Origin: Amphiscolops sp. MND2022
Taxonomy: Eukaryota
Assembly (NCBI GenBank): GCA_964187785.1
Contig: OZ076409.1
Coordinates: 8,868,001 to 8,932,000, forward strand
DNA: 64,000 nucleotides
Reading direction: 5' to 3'
How positions within the stretch are numbered: position 1 is the first letter of the stretch; each line of letters opens with the position of its first letter. This document shows, piece by piece, positions 37,261 to 47,110 of this stretch. Made by a program: the position numbers and the translations under genes. The notes under the pieces are model-generated. The model did no database searches. It had not been told where the DNA came from and worked only from the letters and a program-made list of their open reading frames with translations.

Positions 37261-38040
37261 CTAGCCGCGCTTCATAAATATTTCCGGAAATACTTTTGAC
37301 ACAATGTTCATGCTGACAGCAAACATTTCACGATGGAGGAAGTAACTTAGTTAGAATTATGAGCCCTGATCAAGCCTAATTTTAACACATTCAAAAGAAC
37401 CAACCTGATGTTGAATCCATATTCGATCAACAGAATTGATGTGACCAATTGTTGTACGCTGTTGAAGATGAATTTTGTTTGACTTCGCAATGTAATCCCA
37501 GATGTTTATTAGTAAAATAGACGAACAGGAATTTGCCAAATTCTTTCACACGGAATTTGTGTCTGGAGAGCCGTGTAGTGAAGTAAGATCCTCTGGATGA
37601 CAAATAATGAAGAAAACTGGAATTTGAGGAAATCAATTCAAATTAAAGCAAGCAAAATTTGTGAATTTATGTTGGGGAAAGGTTAGGAAAAGGCGAAATT
37701 AAGACTGAATCAATTTGTTGCTCAAGGTCAGAGAGACTATCCTGATTACTAGGTAATACAGTCTAGCTCAAGTGATACTACAAGAGGAAACAATTGATGA
37801 AGGCAATGGTCTTTAACGCAAAAGCACAGAGCTGTGGACGTAATGTCAACCTGACGGCAATGTATTACTAGTTCACAGTCAAATAATATTCAACCAGTAC
37901 TAACGAATTGGACGATGAGTCATCTTGACGGCACAACGTTACTTGTTACCAAACGTACTTTATTTCACTCCCTCTACTCAACGACTACTCTTTTGACTAA
38001 TTACTACCTCCTACCAATAATTTAGAGTCTCGGACTTCTT

Positions 38041-38099
38041 ATCATTATTATTATTGATATTATTATTATTATTAATATTATTATTACTATCATTATTAC
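38041..38099. repeat. Imperfect (ATT)n microsatellite in the intergenic region between the divergent antisense gene and ORF3
   Basis: atcattattattattgatattattattattattaatattattattactatcattattac. Confidence 0.8.
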
Positions 38100-38772
38100 T
38101 TGGATGTCGTGGCTACATGTAAGACTTTCCTTTATGTTTCCATCTTCTCCTTTCCTTTAGTCATGCTCTTTATTCACAGTACATGGTATGGAACCTGCCA
38201 GTGAAATATTCATGGACTTATCTATTTGTTTCATTTCATCTCATTATCTCCCATGAAGAGATATCAAATTACTTATTTCATTTCACCCCATCATTATTTG
38301 GAAAATGCATCAAATTGCTTATTTTATTCTCCATCCATGAAAATTTTCGATAAATTTTACCAACTACTCTTATATCATCTGATTGGCTCTCATCTTTGCT
38401 GCCGTCAGAAGGACCGCCAGTCTTTCAAGTTGTTTGTTGACAGAGAATTAAGAAGAACAACACTTGAATTAGTAGGCAACTCCTTTGAAGGAGTAAGCAA
38501 ATCCTCTACAAGTGGCAATTAAAATTTTGATATTATAACAACAAAACAGGCTTTGGCGGTCTCAATGAAAGCAAGAAACCTAAATATGGAAAGTTTGGGA
38601 GAATATAGCGGGAATGGTCCCTTACAATTACCCCCGCCAAATACGAAGGCTGACCTAAGGTCAACTGGACGGCATAATTTCATTCATCGCCCTACAATTT
38701 CAAAACCAGTAGACTGCTTCTGAACTGCTCAAAATTGCACGAAAACTGTTTCTATCACGTTATTCACGGGAA

Positions 38773-39576
38773 ATGTCTTTGCAGTTTAACACTGAGGGTA
38801 TAAATGGACCATTAGTGAGTCTTTCCTATCGATCATCTGACGAAGAAATGGAAGTAGATTCAGTCTACTCAGTACACGATAGCGACGATGACGACATTCA
38901 AGTGATAGCCTGTTACTCCGAAAATCAGGAATTTCCACCACAGCTGACGGCAGGTAGAGCTATGACTACGGACTTGTCTGACTGCCTCGGTTATTTAAGC
39001 TTACCGGAAACCACTTCGGAAAGCTACTTTACCGAACCGACGGAAGAGCTCATCGATTGGTTCGTCGGAAGTCCACCGTCAACCTACTCCGGGGTACAGC
39101 CGCAACAACATCCTATAGCTCAATGTAGTCAAATTGACCCATTGCCTTACTCGCCATTGTCGCCGCCACTGATCGATCAATTCCCCAACTACGCACCAAT
39201 GGTCGACGATCATGAGGTCCAAGCAGAGCCGCAATGGGCTAGGAACCAACACATCACTGGCCTGGGCATCAGCGCAAGCGGACTATGCGGACAGCCCAAT
39301 GACGTACTCTACGGTGGTTGTGTTGTCTGCGGGAAATCGTTCCAGGCAATAAAGGAAGAGGTGACACTCGGCTTTCTAGAGAGTACTCATGTTCCTGGAG
39401 AGACGTACGAACAACGACAAGCGAGACGGCGAGCTTTCGAAGCTGGAATGAAAGCCGGATCTTTCATTGTCATCCCCCGGGGAGTGTCGCAGGCGGCCGC
39501 CTGTGACGGAATATTATATCAAGTTGGACCCGAAGACGATGACACTAATCCCAGACCGGGTGTTTTGCCTATTTAA
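38773..39576 (+). CDS. Accessory ORF3 (267 aa; acidic N-terminus, CxxC motif), unknown function; overlaps the PPT and the first 92 bp of the 3' LTR
   Basis: Open frame whose C-terminal ~90 aa are conserved in the diverged relative (8993-9472). Confidence 0.75.
   Translation: MSLQFNTEGINGPLVSLSYRSSDEEMEVDSVYSVHDSDDDDIQVIACYSENQEFPPQLTAGRAMTTDLSDCLGYLSLPETTSESYFTEPTEELIDWFVGSPPSTYSGVQPQQHPIAQCSQIDPLPYSPLSPPLIDQFPNYAPMVDDHEVQAEPQWARNQHITGLGISASGLCGQPNDVLYGGCVVCGKSFQAIKEEVTLGFLESTHVPGETYEQRQARRRAFEAGMKAGSFIVIPRGVSQAAACDGILYQVGPEDDDTNPRPGVLPI
39474..39484 (+). promoter_or_regulatory. Short PPT-like plus-strand primer site CCCCCGGGGAG
   Basis: Abuts the TG of the 3' LTR; only six purines. Confidence 0.55.
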
Positions 39577-40983
39577 GAGAAAAACTCCGCAATACGTTAA
39601 TTATTTAGTTAACAATCCCCTCATGCATTTTAGTTCATTCATTCTTATTCATCTCTACATGTAAATATGAAGTCTTATTAATGTGACTCAAGGTCATTTT
39701 GACGGCATGAATAATTATATTTTGGTGCAATCTTATGTAAATTAGTTGTTACATCGCATTAATAACAATAATGTGAACTAGTACCAAAAGGTGCAAAACG
39801 CTGTACAAGCAGTTAATTTGATTGACGTTAATAATAACAATAGAAAGCAAGATGACTATCCAAGTGAAAGGAAACGCGTTCAACTGGTACGCTGCTGCCG
39901 TCTAGTTGACGCGTAGTCACTTCGCTTCTAACCAATCACGGCGCTACATTTAGTTATAGTTCAATGCCGTCATGCGGACGTTAGGTCCAATTAGTTAACG
40001 CATGTAGTGTTAAATCTGTAGTTGCATGAAAATCACCGTTAGCATGTACCTGTTATTAACCAGTATGTTGCTTCTATTTATAGAACCTATGACGTGTAGT
40101 CATATGTCACCTCCGTTGCTATATTTAGAATTGTGACGTAATAGTTATTTTTAATAATGATGTCATTACTATTTTTACCCAATGACACCCTAAATATTGA
40201 GTGTCATGCTGTAGTTGCTATATATATGCAAATTTCCAGTAAGGGATTCATTCAATACGATAATCTCAATACAAACCGTTCTGTCATACACTTTCGATTC
40301 AACAATCTACTATTGAACAAAACCTTCTTTTGATATGCCTTCAACTAGAAGACAAAAGGCGAAAGAGAAACGTTCAAGGCAATCCGACATAATGTCTGAT
40401 ATTGAAAATCTAGATGTGATGCTCGGAAATTATTCAAACACTGAATTTAGGGACCAAAACGCAGTAGATGAAATAGAGATTGACCCTGAGTCAAATAGAC
40501 GGCATCAAGGTTTTAGCCATGAGGAAAGTAACTATAGGTCTCTTTTGAATGCAAATTTGAGTGAGAATAGTGAAGTTACAGTAGAAACCAGTAGAGCAAT
40601 CAGTTCGGAAATTTCTTCACAAATGTCAAGGAAATTGGAAGAAATGAAATCTGACCTAAATTCCCATATTATGGAGGTAATAAACTCCGCTATTGATGAG
40701 AAAATACTACCTAGCATCGAAAACGTCATAGTAAATCATGGGGAGCGCAAAAACGCTAAGTTGGACCTTCGGTCAGATGGACGGCATCCGAGTAGAAATG
40801 TCCCTATGGACCAAACTTTGGACCTTGGGTCATATGGACGGCATAAAAATAAGTTCAGCCAACAGGTCCAGGACTCAGGAGAGAATTTTCCTAGACTAAA
40901 CACAACAGTAAATAACCTTCCAAGTCATCAAATGGAATGTTTAGGAGATTCTGAACAAAGTGAAAATGAAGAAGGTTATGACA
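39485..40983 (+). repeat. 3' LTR (1,499 bp)
   Basis: Direct repeat of 25003-26501, followed by the TSD TATAC. Confidence 0.96.
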
Positions 40984-41042
40984 TATACTACAGCGAAAAA
41001 CGTTACAAAATTTTTCGAGAAGAAAATTTCTCGAAAACGTAA
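40335..41042 (+). CDS. Truncated Gag N-terminus encoded by the 3' LTR, reading into flanking DNA (235 aa)
   Basis: First 216 aa identical to Gag, then diverges at the LTR end (EEGYD-MVTG vs EEGYD-IYYS). Confidence 0.6.
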   Translation: MPSTRRQKAKEKRSRQSDIMSDIENLDVMLGNYSNTEFRDQNAVDEIEIDPESNRRHQGFSHEESNYRSLLNANLSENSEVTVETSRAISSEISSQMSRKLEEMKSDLNSHIMEVINSAIDEKILPSIENVIVNHGERKNAKLDLRSDGRHPSRNVPMDQTLDLGSYGRHKNKFSQQVQDSGENFPRLNTTVNNLPSHQMECLGDSEQSENEEGYDIYYSEKRYKIFREENFSKT

Positions 41043-41072
41043 AAACCTTTTTTCCGACAGTTTGATCTATTA

Positions 41073-42356
41073 TTAGTCGGCGCCTTTTCCCTTAAGAAAA
41101 AAAGCCCGACTATTACAGTGGGTAGTTTTTTAGTCGGCGCCTTTTCCCTTAAGGAAAAAAGCCCGAATCTTACAGTGAGTAGTTTTTTTTGTTTTTTTTC
41201 AGTTGACAATCTCACTCTGAGTGGTTCACTTTTCTTACAATTTTTGTTCATCTTTCATATTTGTTCATCTTCCATCTTCGACCCAGCCGGAGAGCGTGGG
41301 TTCGATTCTCGCACTAAACCATAAATTTTTTAATGCTTCCAAAAGTACAGGTGAGACCAAAGGGTCCCCCCTTTGGGTTTTTTTTCGGCACTATGCGACT
41401 TTTTTCGAAAGTTTTCGAAATTTATCAAAGGGTACCCCCTTGAATTTTTTTGAAGTTTTCGGTTTGTAGAAAACGTTGAATGAGCCTGAATGGCCTCTTT
41501 TTGAGTTTTTCGGCATTGTGCGACCTAAAAAATACTTTTTTTCGAAAAAAAATCAAAAATATTTTTTTGAAAAAAAAAATTTCCAAATTTTTCCAATAGT
41601 TGTTCCTTGAATATTTTTGAGCCTAAGATATGGCGCCGACTTGGGACGTTCCCGTCTTGTTTTCTTTTTCAGCTTACAATCTCACTCTGAATGGTCCACT
41701 TTTTACAATTTGTTCATTTGTTCTGTTGTTTATCTTCGACTAAATTTCTGAAGCCGGAGAGCGGGGGTTCGATTCTCGCACTAAACCATAATATTTTTAT
41801 GCTTCCAAAAGTACAGCAGGTGAGACCAAAGGGTCCCCCCTTTGGTTTTTTTTCGGCACTCTGCGACTTTTTTCGAAAATTTTCGAATATCATCAAAGGG
41901 TACCCCTTGCATTTTTTTGAAGTTTTCGGTTTGTAAAAAACGTTTAATGGGCCTAAATGCCCTCTTTTTGGGTTTTTCGGCACTGTGCGACTTTAACCGA
42001 ATACTTTTTAAAAATATATATTTTTTTTCAAATGCTTCCAATATTTGTTTTCGGCTTAGTGAGACTTTTTTTCGCATTTTTTCAAATGTCTCCAAAGGCC
42101 CCCCCCCCTTCATTTTTTCCTATTTTCCAAAGAATGGATGTTCAAAAACTCCCAAATGCCCCCTTTTACATTTGTCGGCACTATGCGACTTACCGAGGAC
42201 CAGAAAAAATTCAAAAAAAAATCAAAAAAATAATTATTTTTTTTTCTATTTTTTCCTCACGTGGGTTTTGTAGAAGAGAATACCTGACACATTGAAGTCC
42301 TTTTGCTATTTTTGAGCCTTAGATATGGCGCCGACTTGGGCCGTTCCCGGCTTGTT
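41073..42356 (+). mobile_element. Two adjacent copies (41073-41661 and ~41662-42356) of a Helentron/DINE-1-like non-autonomous repeat
   Basis: 5' TTAGTCGGCGC...GCCCGACTA stem, internal GGGTCCCC/T-rich repeats, 3' GCGCCGACT plus GGG...CCC hairpin plus CTTGTT. Confidence 0.65.
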
Positions 42357-42850
42357 CATCTTTTGTCTGACAGTTAGTCATGACAGTTTTGGTCTATATT
42401 ATTTCATTTCATCTGCAAATGAAATAACTACCCATGCAGTACGCCTTTCAAAGAAAATTCCGTAGTTTTCACTTATGGAAAAAGTTGAAATACCCCTAAA
42501 AATCATGTGTCAGTAGAACAGTTCAAGGCGGAAAATACACCGCCATGTTTTTTATGATGCAAACCCATAACCCCCCAAGTACATGTTGTTTTGAATTAAA
42601 GCTTCCACTCAACAGGAAAGAAGATTCTATTCTTGAAGAAAAATATTCCACTAATGAGAGAGTATAATAGGAACGTAAATACTTAGAGGATTGTCTCTAC
42701 AGCTGTTTTGAAACTTCCAGCAAAAAAGCTAGTTTTTCGAAAACAAAAATGCTTGGATAAATCTAAAATTGTATAGAAAGGTTCCTATTTTAACGCAAAT
42801 TGTCTCCGCCATAAAGTCTAATGAGCAACTTTTAACTGGCAGTCAATGTA

Positions 42851-43345
42851 AACAAGACGGGAACGTCTAAAGTCGGCGCTATATCTAAAGCTCAAAAAGC
42901 GTAAAACATTTTTTTTTGCGAAAAACTTGAAATTTTCGAAAATTTCTTTCTTTTGCAAAATGTCGCACAGTGCCAAAAATGTAAAATAGGGGACCCTTTT
43001 TGATTTATAAACATGCATTCTGTTGCAAAATAACAAAAAACTCAAAGGGGGACCCTTTGGGGACATTTAAAAATTTTAGAAAAAAAGTCGCACAGTTCCG
43101 AAAAAAATCAAAAGGGGGACCCTTTAGTCTCGGCCGGTTTTGTAGGTTACGTTAAAAAAGTAAAAATGAAAGGGGGACCCTTTGCACTAAGTTTGCCTTG
43201 GGCCCTTAGCCGGACTGGGCGCCTTAGGTGGTTTCAGGATTGTTTCTAAAAAGTGGACCGATCAGTGTGAGGATTGTAGTCTGAAAAAAACAGTCACTGC
43301 TATAGTCGGGCATTTTTCCCTTAAAGGAAAAGCGCCGACTAAAAA
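42851..43345 (-). mobile_element. Helentron/DINE-1-like repeat copy
   Basis: Same termini in reverse orientation (AACAAGACGGGAACG...AGTCGGCGC and GCGCCGACTAAAA). Confidence 0.65.
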
Positions 43346-44410
43346 TAGGATTAAGTCGACATACCCCCAACCGCGGCCGCTTGGGGGATAAGAAACATGG
43401 TCCGAGCACCCATCTAAAACCTTTCCGTGATTAGAAAAGAAAGTATGTTCAACATTAAATGAAAACACCAAATGTGCTTTACTTGACAGAAATCTTGCGT
43501 TTGCAAGTAATTCATCTTGGTACTCAAAACTCTTTGAAAATTAATCATCAATTAGGAAAATAAATGAAAGCAAATTTGAGAGAAATTGCAGGAAGGAACA
43601 AAATAAACTCCAAATAAATCATGATTCTATTTCTGAAACTGAAAGTTTTTTGCACTAAGCTTGTTTATTATGAACTCAATATGTCAGTTCCGCTGCAATA
43701 ATATTTACCAAGTTTGAAAACCAAATCCACTTGAAATATTTTTGTTTGACACTTGTGCAAGGAGGGATATTTGGTCATGCGCAATTCATGAGAGGGATAG
43801 AATTTTTCACCTGCTTTTATATTTATTGTCAAAAACCTCAATTTGTTGATTGCGGAGTTTTTGTTTGGATCGTAAATGGCTTCATTTCTGCTGCTCCGTG
43901 CTTTTATTCTCATCGCGCAATATTTATTCCAGTGTAATGGTGAGTTTCATTCTTAACAAGTGTTTTTTTCGTGTAGAAGCAAAAAATTTCTGACCTATTT
44001 TCGATCACAGCACCTTTCAACAACGGTAATATATTTAGTTTTTTTGAGCCAATTTTAATCAATCATTCGTGCTCAGCGTTTCTGATAAAAAAAACAAGCA
44101 ATCAAAAACCCAGTTTTCGACATTATCCATTATCAAATGCAATAATTTTGTAATTGGCCAATATAACGAATCTTTTTCCCAAATTTCACAGTATATTCGT
44201 CGAGTACATTTGTCGATCCATATTGCAGAAAGCAATTTTGGCTTTACATAATAATCTTTCTATTGTCATATAGAAGAAACAGTTTTTGCAGAATTAAGTC
44301 TATTCTTTGAGACTCCTAAAAGGAATTTTAAGAAGGCCAAATTTGTTTTTTTTTACTTTATGTATCAACCATTAATGTTCATTTAATTTCTATCTTTCCA
44401 TGTGTGAAAG

Positions 44411-44530
44411 GATTTCTATGCTCCGATGGGATAATCGTGGATTCCAATTTCCGCTGTGACGGGGAGATTGATTGCATGGCCGGGGAAGATGAAAAAGACT
44501 GCGGAAACTCTACAAACAGAACATTCACAG
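44411..44530 (+). CDS. Host gene exon: LDL-receptor class A domain
   Basis: FLCSDGIIVDSNFRCDGEIDCMAGEDEKDC; AG/GT boundaries; 120 nt; phase 1-1. Confidence 0.8.
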
Positions 44531-44650
44531 GTTAATAATACCAGAAAGCATGTACCAGAAAGAAGTGCTCTAGTTTACGAAGTCATCTTACTACTCTATC
44601 GATTGACGGAATTGGAAAATTGATCGAGACAACAATTCTTTGAAGCTTCA

Positions 44651-45243
44651 TTTTTAGTCGGCGCATTTTATCAAAATGAGCCCGACTATTACAGTGGCAA
44701 GTTTTTTTTTCTTTTTTTTCGTCAGACCACAGAATGTATGCGTAGTGGACACTTTTTACAGAACTACCAAAGTACTGGACCGGCAAGCGGAATCGCATCT
44801 AAGTTAGTGCAAAGGGTCCCCCTTTCGTGTACTCAATTTTTAACGTAAGATACAAAACCGGACAAAACTACAGGTCTCCCTTTGAATTTTTTCGGAACTG
44901 TGCGACTTTTTTTCGAATTTTTTTTGTCGCCAAAGGGTCCCCCTTCAAGTTTTTTTGCAACAAACTGAAGTTTCAAAAAGCCCAAAAGGTCTCCCTTTTC
45001 TAGTTTTTTGGCACTATGAGATTGTTTCAAAAATCTCATTTTTCGTTTTTTATAAGAAATTTTTTTTCAAAAAACTTTAAATATTTTTTAAATGTCTCCA
45101 AAGGGTCCCCCCTCAACTTTTTTGATGATTTGCAACAAACTGGATATGAAAAAGACTAAAAGGTGCCCCCTTTTACAATTTTAAAACCTTTGCGCCTTTT
45201 GAGCCTTAGATATAGCGCCGACTTTAGACGTTCCCGTCTTGTT
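44651..45243 (+). mobile_element. Helentron/DINE-1-like repeat copy
   Basis: TTTTTAGTCGGCGC...GCCCGACTATTACAGTG start; GCGCCGACTTTAGACGTTCCCGTCTTGTT end. Confidence 0.65.
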
Positions 45244-45476
45244 TTACATTACCTTTTAGAGTACATTTTTTCAATTACCCTAGTTGAATGTGCTCGGAAG
45301 TTTTTCATGCACACACAGCTATTTTTTACAAAAGCGGATCAAATACAAATTCAAAACAGAAGATAACAATGTAGTGAACATGGAACCCCGGGTTTCCTGA
45401 CCAGGCCGACATAATCTGACCATATTATGGCACAATACAAATCATACAAATTTCCTTACTATGATCTTGCCATGAT

Positions 45477-45605
45477 TGGTCCAGAGTATGATCGGCCTGG
45501 AATCATATATGGTCCAGAGTATGATCGGCCTGGAATCATATATGGTCCAGAGTATGATCAGCCTGGAATTATATATGGTCCAAAGTATGATCAGCCTGGA
45601 ATCAT
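45477..45605. repeat. 33-bp minisatellite, about four units; related direct and inverted units at 46030-46163
   Basis: Unit TGGTCCAGAGTATGATC(G/A)GCCTGGAATCATATA. Confidence 0.9.
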
Positions 45606-45622
45606 TTTTGTACATTTGGTAC

Positions 45623-45707
45623 ATATGTACCTTCGCAGACGTCTCCCACAGCAACAAACCCAACGTTGCATATGCAGCTGTATGATCCCTGAGAATCCAC
45701 ACAAGTT
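45623..45707 (-). repeat. Inverted 85-bp copy of the 3' end and splice donor of the host EGF exon (60579-60663)
   Basis: Reverse complement matches with three substitutions. Confidence 0.9.
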
Positions 45708-46199
45708 CCAAACGCGGGTTGACGTGACATGCAACCCAAACAAAAATGTTAAAATATTGAGAACAACCAGCTTTAAAGGCTGAGGCAACTTCAACTTTTT
45801 GTATCTGCGAACGATACATTGCAGGTCAGAACTCCATTAAGCTCTAAGCGGAGTTAAAGACAAACTATAGTCACTCAATTTGTTCTCAGCCACTCCTAGT
45901 TAATAACTAACACTTTTGTTATAGCAGTACCCACTTTGCAGTGTGATTTTCGATTATTTCGATAAAAAATACCAATAAATTCATCAGTGCATGCGTTAAT
46001 TGACTACATTATCCTATTTTTTAGGGCTGCAGGCTGACCATACTCTGGGCCACAAAGATTTATGGTTCCAGGCCAATCATAGACTGAACCATATATGTCC
46101 AGAGTATGGTCAGCCTGGAACCATAAACCTTTATGGTCCAGAGTATGATCAGCCTGGAATCATACTGTGAGTATAATGACAGAGTATTATTGACCTATT

Positions 46200-47110
46200 T
46201 AGTCGGTCTGAAATGCTGCCGTATGGTTTTTGAATGGTTTCTTGATCATTCGAATGCCAAATGTTTTGAACTTTTCCTTTTAAATTGAGCTACAAAACTG
46301 TCCGTTCCGGAAGATTTCTAACGAAAGCACAAACTTTCTGATAATCAAATCAGGACTGTAGTTTGGCCAACCGAGTCTTTTTCGCTCATTTTCGAAGGAA
46401 ACGTAATTATATTTGATGTACTGTCCTGTTGTACTGTCCTGTTGGAACATCAATCCTGGAAAATGTTTTATCGTGATGTTTCAAAAAATTGTGATACTGA
46501 TATTGGTTATCCGGACACTGTACATGCATGTTTTGGGCCATCTGATCTAATTGCGCCTTAAAACGTGAACGATCGTCGGTAAGTTGATACATTCTTCACA
46601 ACTTTTCAGACATCCCTAGGTTTTGCTTCAACTAAGAATCTATTCCGTCACTATTGAGCTTTACCTGAGTTTCAGCAGTAAAAACCACGGAATACCAAAT
46701 CTTGTCGGCTTTCTTCATCGTTTTTGCCACCATTTTTTTGAAAAGGTACAGTGCTTTTTTATTGATACTCTCATCTGAAACTTTGCTGAAAAGCTTTTTT
46801 CGAACTTTTTTCCTAAGTGTTTTTGATATCAATTTTTTTTCGTGGAAAAGCATGTATTTAACCCTAATCTTTTTAAGACTTCTCTTGGGATCTTTCATTA
46901 CACCTTCTTTTGTGGTTTTCTCGAATTATTTTGCTAATCGACCAATTGACTGTTTCGGGGAACAGTTGTCGTTTTCAATGATAACGAATATAAATTGTTT
47001 GAGCTGTCGATTTGGCTTTAAAACCTAGCTGATCAACATTTTGTGATAAGAAAAGCCTACCTTTCTCAATGCAACAACTTGACAAGCTACTAAAGAAAAA
47101 TTATCGATGC
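46200..47110 (-). pseudogene. Tc1/mariner transposase relic
   Basis: Minus-strand peptides in the correct order: DPKRSLKKIR, WYSVVFTAETQVKLNSDG, MFQQDS, WPNYSPDL. A second fragment LNPFENLWNEM is on the plus strand at ~47290. Confidence 0.75.

Larger units (their letters stand above)
25003..40983 (+). mobile_element. Intact full-length Ty3/Gypsy LTR retrotransposon (15,981 bp) with accessory genes
   Basis: 1,499-bp LTRs TGTC...GACA; 5-bp TSD TATAC at 24998-25002 and 40984-40988; uninterrupted gag and pol with PR-RT-RH-IN order. Confidence 0.97.

Noticed and set aside
38709..38784. Sense-strand intron joining the 38565 short ORF to ORF3
   Set aside because: Frame-compatible, but the donor (GTAGAC) is weak and there is no supporting conservation.
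38773..39576. env gene
   Set aside because: No signal peptide, furin/fusion-peptide pair or transmembrane anchor visible.
41285..41315. tRNA gene suggested by GGTTCGATTC
   Set aside because: No cloverleaf or A-box could be built; it lies inside a repeat.
45427..45783. ORF with GPEYDRPGIIY repeats, or a CRISPR-like array
   Set aside because: Head-to-tail 33-bp minisatellite with no unique spacers, in eukaryotic DNA; the ORF is a by-product of a unit length divisible by three.
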